From Candidatus Poribacteria bacterium (GTDB taxonomy: Bacteria > Poribacteria > WGA-4E > GCA-2687025), in NCBI GenBank assembly GCA_963665845.2, contig OY762492.1:3808001-3872000 (forward strand): 64,000 bases of DNA, read 5' to 3'. This document shows positions 11,316-20,601 of this stretch, in pieces (positions within the stretch are counted from its first letter, which is position 1; each line of letters opens with the position of its first letter). A program made the position numbers and the translations under genes. The notes under the pieces were generated by a model, which had not been told where the DNA came from, searched no databases, and saw nothing but the letters and a program-made list of their open reading frames with translations.

Positions 11316-12038
11316 TCAGTCGCCCCAGATCTGCGCGGATTTCTGCCGCGGCTCCACCGACAGCGCGTCCCCGCCAAACGGGATAGAGGAGCCGACCAGC
11401 TCAAAGTCGTCGAACGAGAACGTTCCGTAATAGATGACCAGGCCGATGCCTCCAGACTTGGCCGAATCCGCCCAGGTCACTACGAGCGGTTCGCCGTCGT
11501 CGATCTGGAAGGATATCTGGTCCCTGCCTCCATCAAGCGTTTCAACGGACGCCTCAATGTTGTACCAGACGCCCGTTTCAAATTCCTGGTCTCTCCAGAA
11601 TGTGCCGAAGCTGTCGGGGGTATAACTCCAGATATCCGCGCGCGCCGTCTGCGGATTGATGGAGCATTCGTGGTAGTATCCTTGTTCAAGGTCGGAGTAG
11701 AGATAGACCCCAAAGTACGTGTTGATCCCGACCGTCAGTTCCGAGTCCATGCGCGCCCGGACGCGCAGCGTGTAGTTCTTCCATTGAGACGGGTCGGAGC
11801 CTGCAGGCTTCAATTCCAAAATGCTCCAAGAATTTGGTTGTTCGATCCAGCCTTTGAGAACGTTGTTCCCATCCTCGTCCTTCTCTTCTTCCCATGACTC
11901 AATGCCTTGAGCGAAGTTGTAAATTTCCCAGTCGTCCAGCCCTTCGTCTTCGAAGCTGTCTTGCCAGACGCCTGCAAAGGACGGCAGCGCCGCCGCCGCC
12001 GCTATCGTCAACGCCATCGTCCGAATCAGAATCCGCAT
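11316..12038 (-). CDS. Secreted beta-sandwich paralog 6 (ConA/DUF1080-like fold inferred); C-terminal motif truncated
   Basis: Signal peptide ...[13 protein letters not shown], shared NYT.R.R and GGIGL...SFDDF motifs; ends [14 protein letters not shown]. Confidence 0.8.
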   Translation of the reverse strand: MRILIRTMALTIAAAAALPSFAGVWQDSFEDEGLDDWEIYNFAQGIESWEEEKDEDGNNVLKGWIEQPNSWSILELKPAGSDPSQWKNYTLRVRARMDSELTVGINTYFGVYLYSDLEQGYYHECSINPQTARADIWSYTPDSFGTFWRDQEFETGVWYNIEASVETLDGGRDQISFQIDDGEPLVVTWADSAKSGGIGLVIYYGTFSFDDFELVGSSIPFGGDALSVEPRQKSAQIWGD

Positions 12039-12067
12039 GCCGCTTTCTCCTCTTTTGAACGCCGTTC

Positions 12068-12817
12068 TCATCGTTTCAGGTTTGCCCATATTTGCGCCGC
12101 CTTGCCGGTTGGCGAGACGGAAAGCGGACCTTTTCCGCCGGTCGGTATCGATTCGCCGGTGACAAGCACCTCGTCGAACGAAAAGACGCCGCGCCCAATC
12201 GTCAATCCGACGCCGCCCGACCCGATGCTTGCGGGCCAATCTACAATGAGCGGCTCGTCATCGTCCACCCGGAAAGTGATGCGGTCTCTGCCGGTCTCCG
12301 CGTCCGTTTCCACGGTCGCCGAGATGTCGTACCATCGTTCACCCTCAAACATCCGACGCAATCTAAACACGCCGAAATCGTTCTCGGTGTAGTAGCGCAC
12401 CTCGGACAAGCTCTGCTCAAGCCGCGCGAGACAGACCAGCTCCGTGACGCCGTCCCATTGATCGTAGAGGTTGAACCCGAAGATCGCCGCTTCGCCGTCC
12501 TGAATTCTGGTGTCCATTCGGGCGCGCGCCTGAATCGTGTAGTTTGTCCACTGGCTTGTGTCCACATTGGGCGGTCTAAGACGCAAAGTGCTGACCAGTG
12601 TGGGTCCATGTATTTCGCCGGTGAGAATGCCGTTGCCCAGCTCCGTTCGCACCTCCCATTCGGCTTGAGTTGGATCGTTCGCTCCCTGCGGATCCGTGAA
12701 CGCTTCCCAGTTGTCCAGCCCGCCGTCTTCAAAATCTTCATGCCACACGCCCGCCGAAGCTTGTAAGACCAGAATCGCCGCGGCTGCGAAAACCGTTGTT
12801 CTTGCCAATGTTCGCAT
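12068..12817 (-). CDS. Secreted beta-sandwich paralog 5
   Basis: Signal peptide, GVWHEDFEDGG, GGVGL...FSFDEV; ends SVSPTGKAAQIWANLKR. Confidence 0.8.
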   Translation of the reverse strand: MRTLARTTVFAAAAILVLQASAGVWHEDFEDGGLDNWEAFTDPQGANDPTQAEWEVRTELGNGILTGEIHGPTLVSTLRLRPPNVDTSQWTNYTIQARARMDTRIQDGEAAIFGFNLYDQWDGVTELVCLARLEQSLSEVRYYTENDFGVFRLRRMFEGERWYDISATVETDAETGRDRITFRVDDDEPLIVDWPASIGSGGVGLTIGRGVFSFDEVLVTGESIPTGGKGPLSVSPTGKAAQIWANLKR

Positions 12818-12883
12818 AAACCTTCTCCATGTTCTTCAACCCCATGATACACTGCAGACGCCGAAGCCTGCAACATGGGGGCG

Positions 12884-13654
12884 CTATTCCCGACTTTTCA
12901 GCTCCGCCCATATCTGCGCCGAGAGACCCGCTGGGGAGACCGACCATGGCTGTCCGTCTGGGATGGAGTCGCCCTCAACGACGAAATCGTCAAATGAGAC
13001 GCGCCCGTCGCTGACGATGAGACCGACGCCGCCTGAATGCAACTGCCGTTTACTCGTAATCTCTAAAGCCACATGATCTTCCACCGTGAAAGTGACGCGT
13101 TCGGAATCGTCCAGCGTCTCAATGGTCGCTGTCAGGTCGTACCATACTCCCTCTCTATGCTCCAAATTTAAAGGGCCTCCTATGCCTAGACCAAGTCCTC
13201 CCGGACCTTGGGAATGCGTTACAATTTGCGCCAGATTTGCCTGCAGAAATTTGAGATAGGCGAGGTTGTACTGGTCTATGTCAAGGCGATCGTAGAGCAT
13301 GAGTCCAAAGCGGACGCCCCGCGGTTTCGATTCCAGGCGCGCTTTGACATTGACCGTGTAATTATTCCAGTCGTCTGTGTCAACGTCGGCAGGTTTGCGC
13401 GGCTTCAGCTGCAGGAAGCTCATATGCCCCGGTCTAGCTTCGCCGACAACGAACCCGTCCTTTTCATCCCAACTTTCGGCGCCAGGATCGAAATCGTAAA
13501 CGACCCAGTCGTCCAAACCGCCGCCTTTAAAATCGTCATGCCATGCGCCGGCGAAGGCTGTTGAAACGATCCACGCCGACGCAACGGCGGCGGACGCCCA
13601 AACGAGCCATGCATATCGGCGCGCGCTGTTCAAACGAATCATCGTATGCCGCAT
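12884..13654 (-). CDS. Secreted beta-sandwich paralog 4
   Basis: Signal peptide nearly identical to paralogs 2 and 3; ends SVSPAGLSAQIWAELKSRE. Confidence 0.8.
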   Translation of the reverse strand: MRHTMIRLNSARRYAWLVWASAAVASAWIVSTAFAGAWHDDFKGGGLDDWVVYDFDPGAESWDEKDGFVVGEARPGHMSFLQLKPRKPADVDTDDWNNYTVNVKARLESKPRGVRFGLMLYDRLDIDQYNLAYLKFLQANLAQIVTHSQGPGGLGLGIGGPLNLEHREGVWYDLTATIETLDDSERVTFTVEDHVALEITSKRQLHSGGVGLIVSDGRVSFDDFVVEGDSIPDGQPWSVSPAGLSAQIWAELKSRE

Positions 13655-13688
13655 GTCTGCCCTCCAATGTTCCGAACGCGTCTGCGGT

Positions 13689-14459
13689 TCATCTGCTTTT
13701 CAGCTCCGCCCATAGCTGCGCCGAGAGACCGGCTGGGGAGACCGACCTTGGCTGCCCGTTTCCGCCGTTTGGGATGGAGTCGCCCTCAACGACGAAATCG
13801 TCAAATGAGACGCGCCCGTCGCTGACGATGAGCGCGACGCCGCCTGAAACCACCTGCGCGTTCCATTCGGTCATGAACGGAGGATTATCGTCCACCTGGA
13901 ATGTGATGCGTTCGGAATCGTCCAGCGTCTCAATGGTCGCCGTCACGTCGTACCACACTCCCTGCTCCACATTGAACAGAAAGAAATCGTTGCCGGATCC
14001 ATTCCCTACGCGGATATGCATTTGAACGCCCGCCTGATGGTATAGGAAAAAGATCCAGTGGAACATGTTCTGGTCAATACGGTCATAGAGCGCGAGTCCA
14101 AATCTGGCGTTCTGGTCGTCCTCCGGTTCCGATTCCAGACGCATTTTGACCTTGACCGTGTAGTTTTGCCAGTCGTCGGTGTCCACGCCGGCAGGCTGGC
14201 GCGGCTTCAGCTGCAGGAGGCTCCAGGCTGTTGTCAGATTAATCTCGCCGACAACGAACCCGTCCTCTTCGTCCCAGCTTTCGGCGCCAGGGTCGAAGTT
14301 GTAAATGACCCAATCTTCCAATCCGCCGCCCTCAAAGTCGTCATGCCATGCGCCGGCAGAGGCGGTTGAAACGATCCACGCCGACGCCGCGGCGATGGAC
14401 GCCCAAACGAGCCATGCATATCGGCGCGCGCTGTTCAAACGAATCATCGTATGCCGCAT
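13689..14459 (-). CDS. Secreted beta-sandwich paralog 3
   Basis: MRHTMIRLNSARR signal, GAWHDDFEGGG; ends SVSPAGLSAQLWAELKSR. Confidence 0.8.
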   Translation of the reverse strand: MRHTMIRLNSARRYAWLVWASIAAASAWIVSTASAGAWHDDFEGGGLEDWVIYNFDPGAESWDEEDGFVVGEINLTTAWSLLQLKPRQPAGVDTDDWQNYTVKVKMRLESEPEDDQNARFGLALYDRIDQNMFHWIFFLYHQAGVQMHIRVGNGSGNDFFLFNVEQGVWYDVTATIETLDDSERITFQVDDNPPFMTEWNAQVVSGGVALIVSDGRVSFDDFVVEGDSIPNGGNGQPRSVSPAGLSAQLWAELKSR

Positions 14460-14595
14460 GTTTGCCTCCAAGTTTGCCTCCAAGTTTGCGCTTTACAATT
14501 CTGGGAGAAGCGCGCGTCAGGCGGTCATGCCGAACCATGCGGCATGACCGCGTTGACAAACTTCCTCCGTTCAACGAATGGAACGGGCTTGAGGC

Positions 14596-15366
14596 TTACC
14601 GGCTTTTCAGATCGCCCCATAGCTGCGCCGCGAGACCGGCTGGAGAGACCGACCTTGGCAGCCCGTTTCCGCCGTTTGGGATGGAGTCTCCCTCAATGAC
14701 GAAATCATCGAACGAGACGCGCCCGCCGCCGACGATGAGCGCGACGCTGCCTGAAATCGCCTGCCCATTCCATTCGGTCATGAACGGCGGATTATCGTCC
14801 ACCTGGAATGTGACGCGTTCGGAATCGTCCAGCGTCTCAATGGTCGCCGTCACGTCATACCACACTCCCTGCTCCACATTGAACGGAAAGAAGTCGTCGC
14901 CGCCTGCATTCCCTATGCGGATATGCATTCGAACGCGCGCCTGATGGTATTCGAGAAAGATCCAGTGGAACGTGTCCTGCTCAATATGATCATAGAGCAT
15001 GAGTCCAAAGCTGGTGTTCTGGCCGTCCTCCGGTTCCGATTCCAGACGCATTTTGACCTTGACCGTGTAGTTTTGCCAGTCGTCGGTGTCCACGCCGGCA
15101 GGCTGGCGCGGCTTCAGCTGCAGGAGGCTTATGAATCCTGGCTGATCAATCTCGCCGACAACGAACCCGTCCTCTTCGTCCCAGCTTTCGGCGCCAGGGT
15201 CGAAGTTGTAAATGACCCAATCTTCCAATCCGCCGCCCTCAAAGTCGTCATGCCATGCGCCGGCAAAGGCTGTTGAAACGATCCACGCCGACGCCGCGGC
15301 GACAAACGCCCCAACAAGCCATGCTGATCGGCGCGCGCTGTTCAAACGGACCATCGTATGCTGCAT
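14596..15366 (-). CDS. Secreted beta-sandwich paralog 2
   Basis: Long near-identical DNA blocks shared with paralog 3; ends SVSPAGLAAQLWGDLKSR. Confidence 0.8.
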   Translation of the reverse strand: MQHTMVRLNSARRSAWLVGAFVAAASAWIVSTAFAGAWHDDFEGGGLEDWVIYNFDPGAESWDEEDGFVVGEIDQPGFISLLQLKPRQPAGVDTDDWQNYTVKVKMRLESEPEDGQNTSFGLMLYDHIEQDTFHWIFLEYHQARVRMHIRIGNAGGDDFFPFNVEQGVWYDVTATIETLDDSERVTFQVDDNPPFMTEWNGQAISGSVALIVGGGRVSFDDFVIEGDSIPNGGNGLPRSVSPAGLAAQLWGDLKSR

Positions 15367-15582
15367 GCGCGTCCTCCATGTTTGCGCTTAATGACCATAG
15401 AATACATTGCGCAGTCTGAATCCGCAAACAGAAACGCCGATCATAGCGGCGGCGCCTGTAGGCGGCGGCATGCATTGCGCGGGAGCGCGCCGATTCAGGC
15501 TGCTATTCCCGCGCAATGCCACTCCTTATCGGCGCCGTCCAGACAGCCGATTCTTGTCCAATCGGCATTTGCGCGTCGGGCG

Positions 15583-16329
15583 TTACTGGCGTTTGATTTC
15601 TCCCCAGATCTGCGCGGCGCGTCCAGCGGGCGAAACGGATGTTTGCGCCATGTGGCCGCCGTCCGGTATGTTGTCGCCTTCGACGGAGAAGTTGTCAAAC
15701 GAGGCTTGCCCGCCTTCTACGATGAAGCCGACGCCGCCGGAACCGATGGAAGCTTGCCATGTCAATCCGAGCGTGTCGCCGTCGTTTATTTTGAAGGCGA
15801 TCGTTTCGGTGTCGCCGTCCGTTTCGATCCGCACCGCCAGGTCGTACCAGACGCTGCGTTCGATAACAAACGGAAATGTGTCAGAACCTGCGCCGTTGCC
15901 GATGCGAAGATACAGCAGCACATTCTCATCCTGAAACTGGAGCAAGCAGAGATGGTACATCGTTTCTTCGAATCGGTCGTACACGGCGAAGCCGAAGCTG
16001 GTCGAGCCGCCTGGGTCCGGCTCGGAGTTCAAGCGCAGCCGGGCGCGGACGGTGTAGTTTGACCAGACGCTGACGTCTTCGCCTTCCGGCTTCAGCTGCA
16101 GGATTGAGAAGAAGCCGGCGACGTTGATCTGCCCCGTCATGACCCCGTCTTTTTCTTCCCAGGATTCGACGCTCAAGTCGGCCTTGTAGATCTGCCAGTC
16201 GTCCATGAGGCCGTCTTCAAAATCGTCCACCCAGATTCCGGCATGAGCCGCGGACGCCGCCAAAAAGGCCGCCGCCAAAAGACCGATTCGAGTCGAAGCG
16301 CGGAACATTGCAGTCGCTCTGTGTCGCAT
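15583..16329 (-). CDS. Secreted beta-sandwich paralog 1
   Basis: Signal ...SAAHA-GIWVDDFEDG; ends SVSPAGRAAQIWGEIKRQ. Confidence 0.8.
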   Translation of the reverse strand: MRHRATAMFRASTRIGLLAAAFLAASAAHAGIWVDDFEDGLMDDWQIYKADLSVESWEEKDGVMTGQINVAGFFSILQLKPEGEDVSVWSNYTVRARLRLNSEPDPGGSTSFGFAVYDRFEETMYHLCLLQFQDENVLLYLRIGNGAGSDTFPFVIERSVWYDLAVRIETDGDTETIAFKINDGDTLGLTWQASIGSGGVGFIVEGGQASFDNFSVEGDNIPDGGHMAQTSVSPAGRAAQIWGEIKRQ

Positions 16330-16441
16330 GCTGATTCTCCATGATGATGGTTGGACGCATGATATTCGTCTTTCGACGCCGTTGCAACCTTATCTTTGAC
16401 CGGCAGTACGCTCATACGAGGATACTCGCGGCGCCGCATCC

Positions 16442-16630
16442 GATTCCCCCTTGAAGGCGCCGCCTCCGATTCCCCCTTGGAGGGCGCCGCGTCCGATTCC
16501 CCCCTTGAAAAGGGGGGCAGGGGGGTTTAAAGGACGGGAGCGACGGCTGCGATGCCTTAAGATTCCCGCTTACGCGGGAATGACGGAAAAGAGGGGCGGG
16601 AATGCATGTCCTCGCGGAAGCGGGGAACGA
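16442..16630. repeat. REP-like repeat cluster
   Basis: Three tandem GATTCCCC(C)TTG units, a CCCCCTTGAAAAGGGGG hairpin, ATTCCCGCTTACGCGGGAATGACG at 16562, and the GGGAATGCATGTCCTCG variant. Confidence 0.8.
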
Positions 16631-16645
16631 CCGGCGGCGCGGAAA

Positions 16646-17245
16646 TTATGAAACGGCGCTCTCCAGCGCCGCCTTGCGCACATGCCAGGCAGGGTCATTC
16701 GCCAACCGCCGCGCGAAGCGATCCATGAAGGCGGCGTCTTTTGAGGCGGCCGACATCGAAATGGACGCCTGCCGAATGTAAGGATCCTCATGACGGCTGA
16801 ATCGGTCGGCGATCTCTTTGGCGTCCGTCGGAGAAAGGCGGGCTAAACTAAGAAGCGCGCGCCGTCTGCAGTAATCGTCCGGATCGGAAAGCCCCTTTCG
16901 AAGCAGCGTTTCAACCTTCCGACCGGCGCCGCTTAGAACGTCATACGCCTGCCATCGCGTGTCGCTGCGCTTCGATTCTGTCAAGAGACATAAAACGTTC
17001 CAACACCGCTCCACATGCGCCCTTGCGTAATCGGCAAGGCATTCGCCCTCTTCGGAAATCCCCCAGCATTTGTCAATATAGTCGACATCCTCTGGGCTTG
17101 GAGACGGCTGCGTCATCTTCTGGGCGGCGGCGTCCATCAAGAGGCGCCATCTTGGATAATCCTCTTGCCAGCCCTCGTCGCGCTGATCGGCGGTTGCCGC
17201 CCATTCCTCCCAGTCGTTGTACAATCGTCCAATGCCGCCGCTCAT
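16646..17245 (-). CDS. HEAT-repeat protein
   Basis: Repeats DTRWQA, DPDDYCRRRALLSL, EDPYIRQAS, DPAWHVRKAA. Confidence 0.75.
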   Translation of the reverse strand: MSGGIGRLYNDWEEWAATADQRDEGWQEDYPRWRLLMDAAAQKMTQPSPSPEDVDYIDKCWGISEEGECLADYARAHVERCWNVLCLLTESKRSDTRWQAYDVLSGAGRKVETLLRKGLSDPDDYCRRRALLSLARLSPTDAKEIADRFSRHEDPYIRQASISMSAASKDAAFMDRFARRLANDPAWHVRKAALESAVS

Positions 17246-17266
17246 AGCGTCCCTCCCGCCGCCGCG

Positions 17267-18307
17267 TTATTCGTCGTCATCTGATTCTTCAGGGTATTTC
17301 TCAACCGGACTGAAAATATCTTCGTCCTCGTTGACAACGCCCAAGTTCAACTCAACCCGTTTGAAGTTAGCTTGGTTCTCTGACCCGTATTTACGCGTCT
17401 TTTGCTTGGTGACATAAACAGGCGTCAGAAGAAGCTGAATTTCTTGCTGAACTTTTGTCAGTTCCGCGTTCAATTTCTCCGCTTCGTTTTCTGAAAAATC
17501 GCCGCTTGCAAGACGAGACAGCAGATTGGTTTCCTTCCGCTCCGCCTCATAATATTTGCGCCGTCCGCCTTCCGAGAGCGTGAGCTTCCTCTTAAAGTTG
17601 ATGACAAGCTCCATTGGCGCAATCATGTTGTAGATTTCGCCGTTCGGCAGTTCAACTTTGTGGTAAAGCACAGATTCCGGCAATCTGCCTGCTCGAACCA
17701 ACAACGACAACGGCTCTTGCCCCTCCACTGACCATATCGGGTCCATTGCTTCTTCCAGAGCCGCGTATTTTCCATCCTCTCCAATTTTTTTCATCACATT
17801 CTCTAATGCATCCCATCCGACCCTTAGGATCCTTCGATCCTCGCGAGAGAAGCCAAAATGCCCTAATTGCGCCTCCTTCGCAGTGAGATACTCTTCATCC
17901 ATCATCGCTTCCCACTCCGCTTCCTCCTTCGTCAAAGGTTTAGGATTTTTGACGTCTTCGGCGTACAACCTTTCAAATTCTTCGGCAACCAACTTGGCGA
18001 AGTAGTCCAGCGTTTCGTCGCGCGATCCGAAATGGGTCGGAATCTCCGCGTCGGAGTTCGTTTTTTCAGCAGATTTATTCGTAGAATCGGACATTGAATC
18101 GGCGATTTCCGATTCAGGATTCGGCGCCTTTGGGGCGACCACGGGCGATTGCCGGTCATGCGCCTCCGCCCCGCCTCCGGACGCCGCGCCTTGAGAAGCG
18201 GAGTCGCCCGCGCGGCGGCCAAGAAGCCATACCAGCGCAACCGCCAACAAGCAGACCGCCAAGAATGAAATGAGCGTAACAGCAACGGCTCGTTGTCGTT
18301 GATTCAT
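17267..18307 (-). CDS. Hypothetical membrane-anchored protein; paralog of 33756-34739
   Basis: N-terminal TM, low-complexity linker, ELPNGEIYNM motif, coiled coil; RBS GAAAGGA. Confidence 0.7.
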   Translation of the reverse strand: MNQRQRAVAVTLISFLAVCLLAVALVWLLGRRAGDSASQGAASGGGAEAHDRQSPVVAPKAPNPESEIADSMSDSTNKSAEKTNSDAEIPTHFGSRDETLDYFAKLVAEEFERLYAEDVKNPKPLTKEEAEWEAMMDEEYLTAKEAQLGHFGFSREDRRILRVGWDALENVMKKIGEDGKYAALEEAMDPIWSVEGQEPLSLLVRAGRLPESVLYHKVELPNGEIYNMIAPMELVINFKRKLTLSEGGRRKYYEAERKETNLLSRLASGDFSENEAEKLNAELTKVQQEIQLLLTPVYVTKQKTRKYGSENQANFKRVELNLGVVNEDEDIFSPVEKYPEESDDDE

Positions 18308-18571
18308 CGCGTTAATTCCTTTCATTACAGTTGTCCGCTGAAAACCTATCGCCTACGCCCATATTGTAAACGAAATTAAATGGAGCCGCAACCTGTATGC
18401 GCGGCGGACAGTACATACAGGCGATGACTTCATTTTGCGCGACAGCCCGCCGATTCTGACCGTCATTCCCGCGCAAGCGGGAATCTAGAATTTTTCCTGG
18501 CAGCCCCGCATTCCACACGCGGCTAAAACCCCCCCAGCCCCCCTTTTCAAGGGGGAGTCTAGAATCCCGTC

Positions 18572-19582
18572 CTAAGGAATCTCGTTCTTTTCATGGACAA
18601 TGTCGTCCGCGTCGTTGATCCCGATATCGACCGAGGCGGCTTGGCGCAGATAATCCGCCTGTCTATACACAGGGCGCAGCGGCGACTTGCGCATCTCGTT
18701 CACAACGCCCACCAGTATCGAGTCTAAAGCGACAGGGTCTTCGCTCACAAAGAGGCGCCGCGCCTCCCAAAACCATTCCGGCGCGTAGCCCGGTCCCGTA
18801 TGGTACGCCCCCTTCAGCCCGTCAACGATCGTCAGCGCATGTTTCTCGCTCAACGGCGTGTTTCTCCATGCGTCCGCGATGACGGGAATGCCGTCGCTGC
18901 CGGTCGGATGAAACCGAAATGTGTTGCTCAACGACCCCAGCGCCAGGCTCGCCATAGCGCCGTAAATGCCCGTGATGGGATGGTAGCGCAGCGTCGGAAC
19001 GGAGATGATCTTCGTCGCCAGCTGCGTTACGATGCGCGAAAAGAAGGAGAACGCGCCGTCCTTGCTCCGCCTCGCCTCCAGATCGTCCTCATCCTCAATG
19101 TAGACGGCTTCATCGTAGCCGACGCGCCGAATTGTGCCTTCAATCCCCTCGGACGCTAAAATCTGCGGACGCCCCTCTTCCGCGTCCGGCGGCGCGTACT
19201 CGTATCGGTACAGATCGTCGCTGCGCTTGTCCCAGATCAGAATGTTCTCCGGCAATACATCCACCGAAATCATACGTAGAACGATCTCATCGAGAAGCCG
19301 ATGGGTTGTCGAAAGGAGCGGCGCGTCGGCGCATATTTTCACGGCGACCACATCATGCGGTTCAACGAGGCTTCTCCAAGCCGATTCAGGAGTCCGCGCG
19401 AGAAGCGCTTGCTGCACCGTTATGTCCAGCGCCTCGCGCAGCTGCCCGCGGCTTGGGTCGTCGGCAAATGCCGCTTCGGACACATAGGCGCGCCCGGCCG
19501 ATTGCCCCCATGCGCTTCCCCATGCGGCGCCGGCGGCGATTCCCATACAGGCGGTTTTGATAAATTCCCTGCGCGTTGTCAT
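18572..19582 (-). CDS. DUF362-like protein with Tat signal
   Basis: MTTRREFIK Tat motif; DVVAVKI, KIISVPTLRYH, LTIVDGL, SEDPVALDS. Confidence 0.75.
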   Translation of the reverse strand: MTTRREFIKTACMGIAAGAAWGSAWGQSAGRAYVSEAAFADDPSRGQLREALDITVQQALLARTPESAWRSLVEPHDVVAVKICADAPLLSTTHRLLDEIVLRMISVDVLPENILIWDKRSDDLYRYEYAPPDAEEGRPQILASEGIEGTIRRVGYDEAVYIEDEDDLEARRSKDGAFSFFSRIVTQLATKIISVPTLRYHPITGIYGAMASLALGSLSNTFRFHPTGSDGIPVIADAWRNTPLSEKHALTIVDGLKGAYHTGPGYAPEWFWEARRLFVSEDPVALDSILVGVVNEMRKSPLRPVYRQADYLRQAASVDIGINDADDIVHEKNEIP

Positions 19583-20583
19583 CGTCTCAGCGCGATTCCG
19601 TTCCCCCCGACCGCATACACGCGGTTTCCCCGTATCTCCACATCCAGCAGATTCGGGTAAACGTCCGCGTCCGGTTCAGGATACGGCTCAACATCCCATG
19701 CGTCGCCGCCGGGGCTTGAGCGCAAAATCAGGCCGCCTTCCCCGACGATCCAGCCGACGCCGTTCTTGTCGAAATCGATGGAGCGCAGCGCCGCAGGCTC
19801 CGGCGACTTCAACGCCCTCCATGTCAGCCCGCCGTTTGTCGTCGTCATGATGGTACCTTCGTTGCCGACCATCCACCCTTTCTTGGCGTCCATAAAATAT
19901 ACGTCGTACATGTCGGCTTCTGTTGAAAGCGGTATTTTTGCCCACCGTTCTCCGCCGTTGTTGGTGATAATCAAGCCCCCGTCGTCTCCGACTGCCCAGC
20001 CGACCTGCGCGTCGATAAAAAAGACGCTCCAAAGATGCGTGTCATGCTCCCGTTGAATCTCCCAGGTACCGCCGCCGTTCTGCGTCCTTAAGACGACGCC
20101 GTATCCGCCGACCGCCCAGCCGACCGCCTTATCCACAAAATGGATGTCTAAAATGCCTTTATCGATGCCGGTTTCTTGCCGGCGCCAGCGCTCTCCGCCG
20201 TCTGTCGTTACATACAGGACGCCGAGCGACCCGCCCGCCCAGCCGATCGCCTCGTCCACAAACTGAACGCAATTCAAAATGCGCGCTTCGCCCCCTTCTG
20301 AGTCGGGCGCCTGCCGATTCCATGTGGCGCCGCCGTCCGTTGTGGCAAAGACAGCGTCCCCGTCGCCGACCGCCCATCCCATCTTCTCCGTCGCAAAGTC
20401 GACTTGCGATAGATGAGTTTCATCGGGGAGGCGGACGATCTCCCATTCGCCGCGATCTGTATCGCCGCACCCGATGCAGAACCCGACGCAAATGATGAGA
20501 GCCGCCGCAAGCGTTGTATAACGGACAGACGGGGGCGGCGTTCGGTTCCATCCGCGCAGAATTGCCTGTTCAGACCGCTTCAT
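19579..20583 (-). CDS. Ycf48/BNR-repeat beta-propeller, probable lipoprotein
   Basis: Repeated F.D...GWAVG..G....T.DGG.TW; lipobox-like CIG-C. Confidence 0.85.
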   Translation of the reverse strand: MKRSEQAILRGWNRTPPPSVRYTTLAAALIICVGFCIGCGDTDRGEWEIVRLPDETHLSQVDFATEKMGWAVGDGDAVFATTDGGATWNRQAPDSEGGEARILNCVQFVDEAIGWAGGSLGVLYVTTDGGERWRRQETGIDKGILDIHFVDKAVGWAVGGYGVVLRTQNGGGTWEIQREHDTHLWSVFFIDAQVGWAVGDDGGLIITNNGGERWAKIPLSTEADMYDVYFMDAKKGWMVGNEGTIMTTTNGGLTWRALKSPEPAALRSIDFDKNGVGWIVGEGGLILRSSPGGDAWDVEPYPEPDADVYPNLLDVEIRGNRVYAVGGNGIALRR

Positions 20584-20601
20584 AGCGCATACCGCCTTTC
20601 T

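Noticed and set aside
11308-11400. preQ1 riboswitch upstream of queF
   Set aside because: queF directly abuts the upstream coding sequence, leaving no leader or recognisable aptamer.
14460-14490. 12-bp tandem duplication upstream of paralog 3 as a phase-variation switch
   Set aside because: Only two copies, duplicating the RBS region; most simply a slippage event, with no evidence of switching.
11316-16329. Diversity-generating retroelement behind the paralog or WD40 variation
   Set aside because: No reverse transcriptase or non-coding template repeat in the window, and the differences include indels and are not obviously limited to adenines.
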